From contig JAESQU010000088.1 in assembly GCA_016764995.1 (NCBI GenBank), forward strand, positions 1 through 50,306: 50,306 nt of DNA. Direction: 5' to 3'. The notes beneath the pieces are model-generated. The model made no database searches and was not told the origin of the DNA. It saw only the letters and a list, made by a program, of their open reading frames with translations. A program made the position numbers and the translations under genes. Shown piece after piece: positions 1 through 10,372 of this stretch; the stretch's first letter is position 1, and each line of letters opens with the position of its first letter. Source of the stretch: SAR324 cluster bacterium. Its GTDB lineage: Bacteria > SAR324 > NAC60-12.

Positions 1-225
1 AAAGACGCAATTGATACAATTGCGGAAATTGCCTGTCAAATTAACGAAGATTCGGAAAATATCGGAGCGCGACGCCTACACACTGTCATGGAACAACTGC
101 TTGAAGAAGTTAGTTTTACCGCTCCGGATTTGAAAGGACAGAAAATTACGGTCACACCGGAATACATTGAGGGTCGACTTGAGAACTTGTTGAAAAATCA
201 GGATTTGAGCCGATATATTTTGTAA
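1..225 (+). CDS. hslU: ATP-dependent protease ATPase subunit HslU, 3' end (partial, runs in from the left edge)
   Basis: Open frame from base 1, stop TAA at 223-225. The translation ...[21 protein letters not shown]...DLSRYIL is the conserved HslU C-terminus. Confidence 0.9.
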   Translation, partial: KDAIDTIAEIACQINEDSENIGARRLHTVMEQLLEEVSFTAPDLKGQKITVTPEYIEGRLENLLKNQDLSRYIL

Positions 226-370
226 GCAAATAAAAAAAACAGAATTTAATTAAAACCAAAATAAGAATTTTTGCAAAAAATCACAAAAGAAACTGTTTAG
301 CGACAAATCTTTCTTGAGTGTACTCGACTGAAAACAGAAGATACAGAAGTAATTCCAAATAGGAGAAACT

Positions 371-1282
371 TTGGACTATCCAACTTTGCTGTTGCAATTA
401 GAAAATCAATTGCAATCTCTTCACAAAAAAGGGCTGAATTACATTAATATCGAAGCCATGCCCAAAGTTGAGCTGAAACTGCTGCTCGAAGGATTGGGTG
501 ACATCATGTCTGCTGAATCCGAAATTTCCGCAAAACAGTTTGGTCCTAACTTAACACTCTCCGCCCAAGCGCAGTCGGCGGTCACTATTCAAAATCAAAA
601 CACACTCCCCAAAGTATTTCCTCCAGCAACAGGAATTGCGGATTTCCATGAAAAATTATCTTCTGCACAACAACAGACTGTAACAGAAGCCTTTGCAAAC
701 ATTGTATCACAGCAAGTAGTAACAGAAAAAAGTGGCTCGCTTTCTGCCTTAGCAAACAAGTACAATTCCTGTCAAAATTGTGGTTTGGGAAAAACCCGAA
801 CAAATCTGGTTTTTGGCAGCGGTTTATCAAACTCGACGGTGATGTTTATCGGAGAAGGTCCCGGCGCAGATGAAGACGCGCAAGGTGAGCCCTTTGTCGG
901 ACGTGCCGGAAGATTGTTGACCAAGATGATCAATTCAATTGGAATTGAACGGCAAGATGTTTACATTACCAATATTGTAAAATGCCGTCCACCTGAAAAC
1001 AGAAACCCGACTCCCGCCGAAATTTCATGCTGCCTGCCCATCCTCAAGCAACAAATTGAATTAGTGAACCCAAAATTGATTGTCACACTGGGTAATGTTC
1101 CCACAAAAACTTTGATTCCGGAATTGCCTGGAATAACCAAGGCGCATGGTAAAATAATGCAATACGGAAATTGGAAAATGCTACCAACTTTTCACCCTTC
1201 ATACCTCTTAAGAAATCGTTCCGCAATGCCTTTGGCATGGGACGACTTCAAAAAAATCCCGGAATTGGCTTTTCATTCATGA
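371..1282 (+). CDS. Family-4 uracil-DNA glycosylase (4Fe-4S type) with an unassigned N-terminal extension of about 130 aa
   Basis: TTG start at 371 preceded by AGGAGA (361-366). Motifs GEGPGADED and HPSYLLRN, plus Cys pattern CQNC ... KCRPP ... SCC typical of family-4 UDG. Confidence 0.85.
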   Translation: MDYPTLLLQLENQLQSLHKKGLNYINIEAMPKVELKLLLEGLGDIMSAESEISAKQFGPNLTLSAQAQSAVTIQNQNTLPKVFPPATGIADFHEKLSSAQQQTVTEAFANIVSQQVVTEKSGSLSALANKYNSCQNCGLGKTRTNLVFGSGLSNSTVMFIGEGPGADEDAQGEPFVGRAGRLLTKMINSIGIERQDVYITNIVKCRPPENRNPTPAEISCCLPILKQQIELVNPKLIVTLGNVPTKTLIPELPGITKAHGKIMQYGNWKMLPTFHPSYLLRNRSAMPLAWDDFKKIPELAFHS

Positions 1283-1336
1283 TGGTCAAACAGCAGATTT
1301 TCAATTTTCAAAGACAGACCTCAGCAAATATCAATT

Positions 1337-2629
1337 ATGATTGACTTACAACCTGTAAAGGGAACGCGGGATTTCTTCCCAGAAGAAATGCGTTTACGCA
1401 ACTGGTTATTTGAAGTTTGGCGCGGCGCCTCTGTGCAAGCAGGATTTGAAGAATATGATACTTGTGTGCTGGAACATGAGGAGCTTTATATTCGAAAAGC
1501 AGGTGACGAAATCAGCAAGCAGCTTTACAGTTTTGAAGACAAGGGGGGAAGACGCCTGAGTTTACGTCCGGAAATGACTCCATCACTGGCACGTCTGGTT
1601 CTTCAGTACAAAAAATCATTATCATTCCCAATCAAATGGTTTTCGATGCCGCAGTGTTTTCGTTATGAACGCATGACCAAAGGTCGGCGGCGCGAACATT
1701 TTCAATGGAATGCGGACATCATCGGTCAACCTGAGATGGTGGCAGAAGCGGAAATACTTATGCTGCTCATTTCTGCTTGCGAGTCAATGGGACTTAGAGC
1801 AAATGATATTCGTATTTTTATCAATGACCGTCGTATTCTTAACGCAATCCTGAGTCAACTGAATGTCCCGCACGAACTGCATAGCGCAGTGCTGGTTATC
1901 ATGGATAAGCGTGATAAGATTTCTCCGAAAGCACTCGGAAAAATGCTGGAAGAAATTGGAATGTCCACTTCGCAGGTGGAACAGTTAAATGAATTTCTAT
2001 CAAAATCCGACTTGCAGGAATTGAAAGATAATTTGAAAGATACTGAGGGCATCGAGGAATTGCAACACTTGATGCAACTGATGGAAACCGCTGGATACAT
2101 AAATTATCTGGAATTTGACATTTCGATCGTCAGAGGATTATCTTATTACACAGGCGCAGTTTTTGAGGTCAACAGCCCGGGAAAACAACACCGTGCTATT
2201 TGCGGTGGTGGACGCTATGATTCGCTGCTCTCTACTTATGGCGGTGAAACCGTCCCTGCAGTCGGATTCGGATTTGGTGATGTGGTTGTTTTAGATGTAC
2301 TGAAAGAGTTGGAACGTTTTCCGGAATTACCACGCACACTGGATTATACAATCATTCCTTTTGATAGTGAACAAGTGGGGATTGCTTTGAAAATCGCGGC
2401 AGGATTACGTTTGCAAGGTTCGACTGTGGATTGTAATTTCAGTATGAAAAAAATGAAAAAATCGATGCAGCAGGCCAATGAATCCGGAGCAAAAAACGCG
2501 ATACTTCTTTTTCCGGAGGAGTTGTCTGAAGACAAGGTGGTGATCAGGAACATGCAGCTTCGTGAACAAAAGCCCATAAAGATTTCGGATTTAATTTTTC
2601 TGCGGAGCAAGCTGCTTGATTATTTCTGA
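1337..2629 (+). CDS. hisS: Histidine--tRNA ligase
   Basis: 430 aa. Contains VKGTRDFFPEE, LRPEMTPSLAR, FRYERMTKGRRREHFQ and GGGRYD, the class II HisRS motifs. Confidence 0.9.
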   Translation: MIDLQPVKGTRDFFPEEMRLRNWLFEVWRGASVQAGFEEYDTCVLEHEELYIRKAGDEISKQLYSFEDKGGRRLSLRPEMTPSLARLVLQYKKSLSFPIKWFSMPQCFRYERMTKGRRREHFQWNADIIGQPEMVAEAEILMLLISACESMGLRANDIRIFINDRRILNAILSQLNVPHELHSAVLVIMDKRDKISPKALGKMLEEIGMSTSQVEQLNEFLSKSDLQELKDNLKDTEGIEELQHLMQLMETAGYINYLEFDISIVRGLSYYTGAVFEVNSPGKQHRAICGGGRYDSLLSTYGGETVPAVGFGFGDVVVLDVLKELERFPELPRTLDYTIIPFDSEQVGIALKIAAGLRLQGSTVDCNFSMKKMKKSMQQANESGAKNAILLFPEELSEDKVVIRNMQLREQKPIKISDLIFLRSKLLDYF

Positions 2630-3140
2630 AACAATTGCAACACCTTCTTTCAGGAAAAACTGGTTGATAATGATCCTGTTATTGGGGCTGGATTATGGCT
2701 CTAAAGTGTGGGTCAGATCAAATGTTCCTCTGTATGAAATCACAGAGCTGTTGACAAATTTTGTAGACTTAACTCACGTTCAGAATCGTGGTGTAAGTTT
2801 CAGTTTTTTTGCGGATTTTTCAGATTCTTTTCGCATTCCGCTTTTAGTTGGAGTATCTTTTGTCGCGGTGGCAGCGATGCTCTATTATCAAACGCGCTAC
2901 TGGCAGGAGATGGATTTTTTCACCCGTTCCGGACTTGTTTGTGTTTTACCGGGTGCGGCAGGAAACTTAATTGATCGTATTGTTTATGGTTATGTAACTG
3001 ATTTTTTACACTTTCGTTGGTATGAGACAAGTTTTTTTGTCAACAACCTTGCCGATTGTTTCATCAGTCTCGGTGTTGTTTTCTTCATCATCCCGCTTTT
3101 GTTTTCAAAAAATGACAGTCATTCATCAAATACAATTTGA
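2616..3140 (+). CDS. lspA: Lipoprotein signal peptidase (signal peptidase II)
   Basis: 174 aa membrane protein with NRGVSFSF, GNLIDRIVYGYVTDF and FNLADCFIS. TTG start at 2616 has GGAG 8 nt upstream. Alternative ATG at 2670. Overlaps the hisS stop by 14 nt. Confidence 0.85.
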   Translation: MIISETIATPSFRKNWLIMILLLGLDYGSKVWVRSNVPLYEITELLTNFVDLTHVQNRGVSFSFFADFSDSFRIPLLVGVSFVAVAAMLYYQTRYWQEMDFFTRSGLVCVLPGAAGNLIDRIVYGYVTDFLHFRWYETSFFVNNLADCFISLGVVFFIIPLLFSKNDSHSSNTI

Positions 3141-3648
3141 TTCATTTTTAGTCAGCAAAAAATATTTCCTGCGAATTTTAGCAGCACTTTTCCTCCTCTT
3201 TACTCATTTTGTTTCCGAATCATTTGCCAGTGCAAACACAGTTTATATCAAGGGACTAGGTGCAGTATTGCGTGAACAACCTTCAATTCAGAGCAAAAAG
3301 CTCACAAACTTGTCTCGTGGAACCAAAGTTCTTGTCGTTGAGTCCAAAGGTATTTGGCAAAAAGTTGAATCCGGAGAAAATCTTGGTTGGCTTCTTCGTG
3401 GTCAAATTTCAAAATTTCCTGTTAAAAGAAAAAAACTTATTTTAGGACAAAAAATTCAACTCCAGTCTGCATCAGGACGCAGGATACGCTTACGAACATT
3501 TTCAGCAGTAATCGGTGTAAGGGGTTTAGTGGACAGTAAAGGAAAAAAAATCAGCCCCTATAAAACAGATTATGTGGCATTGGAATGGTTGGAAAAACAA
3601 CCATCGAATGAAGAAATTTCTGTAATATTTTTATCATTCACAGAGTAG
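3112..3648 (+). CDS. Secreted protein with a bacterial SH3-like domain
   Basis: The ORF-track frame opens at 3022 inside lspA. The first ATG outside most of the overlap is 3112 (MTVIHQ...). Hydrophobic N-terminus, then VYIKGLGAVLREQPS...GTKVLVVESKGIWQKVESGENLGWLLRGQI, which reads like an SH3_3 fold. Confidence 0.45.
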   Translation: MTVIHQIQFDSFLVSKKYFLRILAALFLLFTHFVSESFASANTVYIKGLGAVLREQPSIQSKKLTNLSRGTKVLVVESKGIWQKVESGENLGWLLRGQISKFPVKRKKLILGQKIQLQSASGRRIRLRTFSAVIGVRGLVDSKGKKISPYKTDYVALEWLEKQPSNEEISVIFLSFTE

Positions 3649-3655
3649 CTAAAAA

Positions 3656-4495
3656 ATGGCACATTTTAGTAAATATCTGTGCTTATACATTTTTATATTT
3701 TCATTCGTCTTTGCTGTTTCCGGACAGGCTCAAGAATTTCGACTGCGCGCACATCATATTTTTTGGAAAAATCAGGAAGCGGGTACTCAGCGCGAAATTG
3801 ATTTTGGTCGGGGGGTTTCCGCGAAAATTCTTGGTAAATATCCTCTCCTGCGAGACGAGCGCAAGGTTCACTACATTTCCCAAATTGGTACCGGAATATC
3901 CGCACAACTGGGACGTCCGGAATTAAGATACTATTTTGGAATCCTTGATACGGACGAGATCAACGCCTTTGCGGTTCCAGGAGGTTATATTTTTGTCACA
4001 ATGGGAGCCTTGAAACTAATGCGTAACGAAGCGCAACTCGCCGGTGTATTGGCTCACGAACTATCACACATAGGTCAAAAACACATTGTCCGCAAACTCA
4101 AACTTCAAAGCACTGACCGTTCGTTGACTTCCGGAATTGCACAGGTTTTAGGAAGTTCAACACTTGCCGCAAAAATTGCTCTGGAACGCCTGAATGACAT
4201 TGCCTTTAAAATGCTGATGGAGGAAGGTCTTTCCAAAGAAGACGAAGCGGATGCGGATCAAAAAGCGTTGGAAATGCTAATCACTTTGGGTTATGATCCG
4301 CAAAGTTATCTCAATTATCTCCAATCCTTAAAACCACATTTAGCACAGGGAGGAGCAGAAGTACTTTCTAAAACTCACCCTACAATTGAATTTAGATATC
4401 AGAGTCTGAGTGAGTTTATTAGCAGGCATCAGCTAGACAAAATTCAGGGAAAGAAAAATGAAAAACGCTTTAAAAAAATTATGGCTATACCTTAG
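3656..4495 (+). CDS. M48-family zinc metallopeptidase (secreted/periplasmic)
   Basis: Signal peptide, HELSHIGQKH (HExxH) and a downstream EADADQKALEMLITLGYDP motif typical of M48 peptidases. Confidence 0.8.
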   Translation: MAHFSKYLCLYIFIFSFVFAVSGQAQEFRLRAHHIFWKNQEAGTQREIDFGRGVSAKILGKYPLLRDERKVHYISQIGTGISAQLGRPELRYYFGILDTDEINAFAVPGGYIFVTMGALKLMRNEAQLAGVLAHELSHIGQKHIVRKLKLQSTDRSLTSGIAQVLGSSTLAAKIALERLNDIAFKMLMEEGLSKEDEADADQKALEMLITLGYDPQSYLNYLQSLKPHLAQGGAEVLSKTHPTIEFRYQSLSEFISRHQLDKIQGKKNEKRFKKIMAIP

Positions 4496-5696
4496 TCTTT
4501 TGATTTTCATCGGCTTTTCCACAACTTCGCTGTACGCCGATGATGCACATTACAAAAATATACTGATTGGTGAACGCGCGGCAACTATGGGTGGAAGCTA
4601 TGTGGCTATATCTGATGACAGCACAGGATGCTACTACAATCCCGCAGGCATAGCTTATGCGGTAGGTGACAGTCTTTCCGGGAGCGGTAACGTCTTGCAC
4701 AAAATGAAAACGGTCTATACCGAAGCAATTGGTACCGAGGACTGGATCAGGGAAAGCGAATCACTGGTGCCTAACTATTTCGGTGTACTCAAAAAATACA
4801 AAGATTATTCATTCTGTTTTTCTTATGTAGTCCCAGAAGCCTTCATCGAACACCAGGATCTGGTCTTTAATAACCCTTTGAGTACCGTTAAAAAATATTA
4901 TCAAAGCCTTCATTCAGAGGACATAACTTATCTTTTGGGCCCGTCAGCAGCCATGCAATTTGGAGACAGTCTCTCTTTAGGGCTGACCATTTATTATCAC
5001 TACCGCAGTTTTATTCGTCAATATCACTATTTCCTGGAAAGCACTGACGGCAGTTATCAGCTCTATTATGGAAGCAGAAAACTGAGAGAAGACGGTGTGA
5101 TGCCTAAATTAGGCATACAGTGGAGTCCATGGAGTATGCTCACATTGGGCATGGCAGTTGATCAAGCATTGCTGGTGAACTCTTCATTCCAGGGAGACGC
5201 ATCGTACCATAGTACCGATAACAGTACCGGTACGGCAAGTCTTTTAACCACAATGACACGCTCAAAATCTGAAACAAAACGTAAGTTTCCTCTGCATTTG
5301 GCCTGGGGAGTTTCATATTTCCCAACGCCATCTTTACTCTACACAGTTGACCTTGATTATTACCAGGCGGCAGAAAAAGGACGTGTGGATATTATGAACT
5401 ATTCCGGAGGCACCGAGTACTACATCAATCCCACAAATGCAATCCGTTTCGGCATGTTCACAAACTACACAAACCTGCCTCTACCGGATTCCTCTACAAC
5501 TGCGCCGTACGAATATATTGATATACTTGGGGCAAGTTTTGGCTACACTTCTTACTCGTCTTCCTCATCACTCACTGTAGGCGCAACTTACACCACAGGT
5601 TCCGGAAAAGCCTGGTTGTACTCAGGAAGCACAGAGACAAGAAACATGACACGTGAATCGTTCTCTCTGCTGTTTTCCGCAAGTTCAAGTTTATGA
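4458..5696 (+). CDS. Outer-membrane beta-barrel protein, FadL/OMPP1/TodX-like
   Basis: Signal peptide ending LYADD. GERAATMGGSYVAISDDSTGCYYNPAGIAY resembles the FadL-family N-terminal signature. The rest shows an alternating beta-strand pattern rich in Y/S/T/G. Confidence 0.5.
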   Translation: MKNALKKLWLYLSLLIFIGFSTTSLYADDAHYKNILIGERAATMGGSYVAISDDSTGCYYNPAGIAYAVGDSLSGSGNVLHKMKTVYTEAIGTEDWIRESESLVPNYFGVLKKYKDYSFCFSYVVPEAFIEHQDLVFNNPLSTVKKYYQSLHSEDITYLLGPSAAMQFGDSLSLGLTIYYHYRSFIRQYHYFLESTDGSYQLYYGSRKLREDGVMPKLGIQWSPWSMLTLGMAVDQALLVNSSFQGDASYHSTDNSTGTASLLTTMTRSKSETKRKFPLHLAWGVSYFPTPSLLYTVDLDYYQAAEKGRVDIMNYSGGTEYYINPTNAIRFGMFTNYTNLPLPDSSTTAPYEYIDILGASFGYTSYSSSSSLTVGATYTTGSGKAWLYSGSTETRNMTRESFSLLFSASSSL

Positions 5697-5718
5697 TGGC
5701 CGGAAAATTAGATCTTGG

Positions 5719-7119
5719 CTAAACAGCAGGAATCGAACGGATTTGCAGTGATGTACAAAAGCCTTCTCCTGTGAGAATGTTTGCCAGCACCACTACTTTC
5801 TCTTTTGCGGCAAAGCCTTCCTTTTCAAGTAGAATTCGCAATGCATCCTGAATAGTACCTTCCGGATTTTCCTGGAACTCCATCAGGAACGGATGGACCC
5901 CTCTGTAAAGAATCATTGAATAAAGTACACTTGTACTTTTTGTGAATGAGTAAATACCGATCTTATGTGGACGAAGATTAGAGAGATAAGCTGCTCCCCG
6001 ACCATTACGGGTAATCACAACAATAGCTCGAATTTTTAAATTAGTGGCAATTTGAATCGCGGATTCCGCGAGGTGTTGTCCAGTATGCCTTTTCAGCATT
6101 TTTTTGGAATAATTAACTCCGGGAAAATCCTCCGTACGTCTCGCAATCCTGGCCAGCGCTTCTACAGAGTGAACCGGATATTTTCCAATAGAAGTTTCTC
6201 CTGAAAGCATAATTGCATCAGTCTGTTCAAAAACCGCGTTGGCGACATCTGTAACTTCTGCTCTGGTCGGCACAGGATTTTCAATCATCGATTCAAGCAT
6301 TTGAGTTGCAACAATTAAGCGCTTGCCGTATTTGGCGCATAAGAAGGCAATTCGTCTTTGAATTTGCGGCACCTCTTCCATCTCAACTTCAATTCCAAGA
6401 TCACCTCGCGCGACCATCACACCGTCTGCTTCCTTAACAATTTCTTTGAGGTGATCAACGCCTTCCTGATTTTCAATTTTAGCAATCAGCTTGATATGCT
6501 CAGCGCTTTCTCCAAGCAGATCTCTGACTTCGCGGATCGTTTCCGGATTTCTAACGAAGGACAATGCAATTATGTCAACATTCTGTTCTATTCCAAATAA
6601 AATATCCTGCTTGTCGGTTTCTGTGATTCCGGGTAGTTTAACGATAGTTCCAGGCAAATTCACATGTCTATGGCCCTTCACTATCCCACCGTGAATCACT
6701 TCACACTCCAGACCTTTTTCGGTTTTTTCCAGAACCTCCAAACACATCAAACCGCCATCAAGCGAAATACTATTTCCAATTTCCAGATCATCTTTCAGGT
6801 GCGGATAGTTGACAAAAAGCGTGCCTTCTTTTTCTTCGTTTGGAGGAGTATTGACGGAGACATGTTTTCCGGGAACGAGCTTCATTTCCAGGTCACCTGT
6901 CCGGATTTCTGGACCTTGTGTATCGAGCATAATTGCAATTGGAAATTGTCTGTGCTTATTCAATTCACGAATTTGCTCGATAATTTGTTTATGGGACTGA
7001 TGAGTTCCGTGGGAAAAATTCAGACGTGCGACGTTCATTCCCGCGACAGCTAATTCTTCCAATATTTTCGGAGATTCACTGGCAGGACCAATGGTACAAA
7101 TAATTTTTGTGCTAAGCAT
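5719..7119 (-). CDS. pyk: Pyruvate kinase
   Basis: 466 aa. Contains TKIICTIGPAS, MNVARLNFSHG, MVARGDLGIE and ATQMLESM. Confidence 0.92.
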   Translation of the reverse strand: MLSTKIICTIGPASESPKILEELAVAGMNVARLNFSHGTHQSHKQIIEQIRELNKHRQFPIAIMLDTQGPEIRTGDLEMKLVPGKHVSVNTPPNEEKEGTLFVNYPHLKDDLEIGNSISLDGGLMCLEVLEKTEKGLECEVIHGGIVKGHRHVNLPGTIVKLPGITETDKQDILFGIEQNVDIIALSFVRNPETIREVRDLLGESAEHIKLIAKIENQEGVDHLKEIVKEADGVMVARGDLGIEVEMEEVPQIQRRIAFLCAKYGKRLIVATQMLESMIENPVPTRAEVTDVANAVFEQTDAIMLSGETSIGKYPVHSVEALARIARRTEDFPGVNYSKKMLKRHTGQHLAESAIQIATNLKIRAIVVITRNGRGAAYLSNLRPHKIGIYSFTKSTSVLYSMILYRGVHPFLMEFQENPEGTIQDALRILLEKEGFAAKEKVVVLANILTGEGFCTSLQIRSIPAV

Positions 7120-7164
7120 TATTAAAGTAGGACTTTCTATTTTTGGGCTGGATTCAGGTTTTTT

Positions 7165-8637
7165 TCAATCGATGTACTGACCATCTTTGTAATGTTTACA
7201 GTTTAGAAATTCCTGAAAAATATATGGTTTATAGATTGATTTTCCAAGAAGCATTCGTATGCACTCTTGTATGCCTTCAATGATGGAAGGATGTGGGTGG
7301 ATCAATTCGGCTAATTCATCAATACCCTTGTTGGTGGCAATCAGCAGGGCGACAGCCTGAATCGCGCTGGAAGCATGTTCTCCAACTGCACGTAAACCGA
7401 GAACTCTCATTTGTTCATCATCCGTCACCAGTATTTTGAAAAAACCCTGAGTGTTACGCATGGCCACCGCACGAGGAATGCAGCGGTAATCATATCTGGC
7501 AACACGAAAATTCAGCTCAGCTTTTATTGCCTGCTGCTCATTCATTCCTACACCTGCTACTTCAGGATTGAGAAACATAATCGTTGAAATGTTTTCGTAG
7601 AGCATCGGTCGTTTTGGTTTACCATATATTTTCTCAACAGCATGTCGCCCTTCTAATTCCCCTACATTAACCAACGCAATGTCGGCTGTAATATCGCCTA
7701 CCGCATAAATGTTTGAAATACTGGTTTGAGTATCATTATCAACTATGTGTCCCGCGTCACTCAGTTCAACACCAATTTCTCGCAATCCTGTATTTTCTAT
7801 ATTTGGTATCCTTCCCACCGAAACCAAAGCTTTTTCCGCATGAAAAACTTCTTTCTTTCCATCAGGATGTTCCAGAATGTATTCAACTTCGCCGTCCACA
7901 ATTTCCATTTTTTCGAGCTTCGATTCTCGATGAATAAGGACTCCATTTGCTTCTAAATTGGATTCAATTACATGTGCAAGGTCCGTATCTTCGAAAGGTA
8001 AAATACGATCATCTTTGGAAATGACATGCACCTTTGTTTTGTTAAAATTGGAAAAGATGGTTGCAAACTCACAGCCGATTACTCCTGCGCCGAGAATTAC
8101 GAGACTTTCAGGGAATTCTTCCAGCGAGCTGATACCGTCGCTGGTCATAATGATGTCCTCATCAATTGCAATAGAAGGAATTTTACGAGGACGACTTCCG
8201 GTTGCGATTATAATATTTTCCGCAAATACTTTTTTTTTGCCGGAATCTGTTTCCAGCTCAACTTCATTTGAACTGATTATCTGCGCGTTTCCTTTGACGT
8301 AGCGAAAGGCTTCCAGACGTAGCAGAATGACCAGCCGGAGGTGTTCTTCAAGTTGATTTGAACGCTCATATACCGCGTCATTCACTTCTTGCAGAACATT
8401 ATGAAAATCCACTTCCGGTTCAGGCAAACCGTAGTGGCGCATCTTTTTACTGAATGAAGAAAATTCTTTGGAGATTTCCCAAAATGTTTTTGAGGACAGT
8501 GCACCGTCATAGATTCCGGCACCACCGATTCTATCACGTTCAACAAGCAAAACACTTTTATTAAAATCAACCGCACGCATGGCGGCGGCATAGCCGGATG
8601 GTCCACCTCCAATTACACACAGATCATATTTTTCCAT
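7165..8637 (-). CDS. Dihydrolipoyl-dehydrogenase-family FAD/NAD(P) flavoprotein lacking the redox-active CxxxxC
   Basis: GxGxxG FAD site (VIGGGPSGYAAA), NAD site (LGAGVIGCEF) and C-terminal HPHPSIIEG. The disulfide position reads GGAGIYDGALSSK, whereas lpdA in this same window reads GGVCLNVGCIPSK. Confidence 0.75.
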   Translation of the reverse strand: MEKYDLCVIGGGPSGYAAAMRAVDFNKSVLLVERDRIGGAGIYDGALSSKTFWEISKEFSSFSKKMRHYGLPEPEVDFHNVLQEVNDAVYERSNQLEEHLRLVILLRLEAFRYVKGNAQIISSNEVELETDSGKKKVFAENIIIATGSRPRKIPSIAIDEDIIMTSDGISSLEEFPESLVILGAGVIGCEFATIFSNFNKTKVHVISKDDRILPFEDTDLAHVIESNLEANGVLIHRESKLEKMEIVDGEVEYILEHPDGKKEVFHAEKALVSVGRIPNIENTGLREIGVELSDAGHIVDNDTQTSISNIYAVGDITADIALVNVGELEGRHAVEKIYGKPKRPMLYENISTIMFLNPEVAGVGMNEQQAIKAELNFRVARYDYRCIPRAVAMRNTQGFFKILVTDDEQMRVLGLRAVGEHASSAIQAVALLIATNKGIDELAELIHPHPSIIEGIQECIRMLLGKSIYKPYIFQEFLNCKHYKDGQYID

Positions 8638-8660
8638 TCAGAAGATTCTCTCTTAGCGCC

Positions 8661-10304
8661 TCAAATTCTTTGACTGCGTTCTTTAATTTCGTGATTCAGA
8701 ATACGATCGTTTTCCGAATAATCCACTGCTAACTCAATCACATGGACTCCAGGTGTATCGTGACATTTTTTCAAAAGAGGAACAAAATCAGCTGTTTTTT
8801 CAACCCGATATCCGTACGCTCCATGGCATTCCGCAAATTTAACAAAATCCGGATTACCGTATTCCAGACCGAAATCATCAAATCCCAAATTTGCCTGCTT
8901 CCAACGTATCATTCCATAAGAGTTGTCTCGTAATATCAGGCAAATCAAATTCATTTTGAGACGCACAGCGGTTTCCAATTCCTGGGCATTCATCATGAAA
9001 CCACCGTCTCCGCAAATCGCCATCACTTTGCGTTCCGGAAACACCATGTGTGCTCCCATTGCTGAAGGAAAACCAGCGCCCATCGTGGCCAATGCATTGT
9101 CGAGTAATACTGTATTTGATTCGTATGCTTTGTAGTTGCGCGCAAACCAGATTTTGTAAACTCCGTTGTCAAGTGCGATAATTCCGTTTGAGGGCATCGC
9201 TTCCCGGACGTCTGCGACAAAGCGTTGCGGCAGCATCGGAAAACGAGGATCATCGGCTCCTTCCAGGAGGTGAGCATCTACAGCTTTTTTGACCTTTAAA
9301 GAATAAGAAAAATCCCATGAACCCTGCGGCAGGATTCTCTCTTTGATTTGCCAGATGCTGTTCGCGATATCACCAATAACTTCCAGTTGTGGAAAATAAA
9401 CCGGATCCACTTCTGCAGAAGAAAAATTAATGTGAATGACCTCAAACGATCCCTGTTCCATTAAAAAAGGAGGTTTTTCAATATCGTCATGGCCAACGTT
9501 GATAATCAAATCTGCTTTCGAAATTGCACGGTGTAAAAAGTCATTTGCAGACAGTGCCGCATTGCCCAAAAACAAAGGATCACGCTCGTCCAAAACTCCC
9601 TTTCCCATTTGCGTACTGATGAACGGAATTTGGGTTTTATCCACAAAAGACCGCAGCATACGTGCCGGCATTTTTCGATTGGAACCAGCGCCAATCAGCA
9701 GCAACGGATTTTTTGCTTTTTCAATCATTTCAACAGCTTGTTTAACCGCCTTCCCTTCTGCCACAGGCCGGCGGGCACGACTGCGCGGCAATGGCTGAGA
9801 GTCTCCTGCATCCTCTCCGGCAACATCTTCAGGCAGTTCTACATGTACGGCTCCCGGACGTTCTTCCTGCGAAATTCTGAAAGCCTCCCTGACCCTTGAT
9901 GGGATGTTGCTTCCGCTCACAATTGAATGTGTGTATTTTGTTAAAGGCCGCATCATTTCAACCACATCCAGAATCTGAAACTTCCCCTGTTTACTGTGTT
10001 TTACCGGCTTTTGTCCGGTAATCATCAACATCGGCATTGCAGCAAGCTGAGAATATGCTGCGGCAGTCACAAGATTTGTAGCTCCTGGACCAAGAGTGGA
10101 CAGGCAAACTCCTGTCTTGCCAGTGAGTCGTCCGTAAGTGGCAGCCATGAAACCCGCAGCTTGTTCATGGCGAGTCAAGATTAGCTTGATCGACGAGTCT
10201 TTGAGTGAATTCAGAAAATCCAGATTCTCTTCTCCTGGAATACCGAAAATATATTCGACACCCTCTTCTTCAAGCACTTTTACAAATAAATCAGATGCTT
10301 TCAT
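8661..10304 (-). CDS. Thiamine-diphosphate enzyme of the acetolactate synthase (AlsS-like) family
   Basis: 547 aa. Contains GPGATNLVTAAA and the TPP-binding GDGGFMMNAQELETAVR...LRDNSYG. The segment after the ITGQ motif resembles catabolic ALS. Confidence 0.8.
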   Translation of the reverse strand: MKASDLFVKVLEEEGVEYIFGIPGEENLDFLNSLKDSSIKLILTRHEQAAGFMAATYGRLTGKTGVCLSTLGPGATNLVTAAAYSQLAAMPMLMITGQKPVKHSKQGKFQILDVVEMMRPLTKYTHSIVSGSNIPSRVREAFRISQEERPGAVHVELPEDVAGEDAGDSQPLPRSRARRPVAEGKAVKQAVEMIEKAKNPLLLIGAGSNRKMPARMLRSFVDKTQIPFISTQMGKGVLDERDPLFLGNAALSANDFLHRAISKADLIINVGHDDIEKPPFLMEQGSFEVIHINFSSAEVDPVYFPQLEVIGDIANSIWQIKERILPQGSWDFSYSLKVKKAVDAHLLEGADDPRFPMLPQRFVADVREAMPSNGIIALDNGVYKIWFARNYKAYESNTVLLDNALATMGAGFPSAMGAHMVFPERKVMAICGDGGFMMNAQELETAVRLKMNLICLILRDNSYGMIRWKQANLGFDDFGLEYGNPDFVKFAECHGAYGYRVEKTADFVPLLKKCHDTPGVHVIELAVDYSENDRILNHEIKERSQRI

Positions 10305-10372
10305 AATATTATTCTTTGTCAGTTTTCAATTACAGAGCTGCGTTTTAGAGTTTCCTCAGGAGTTACATTCCT

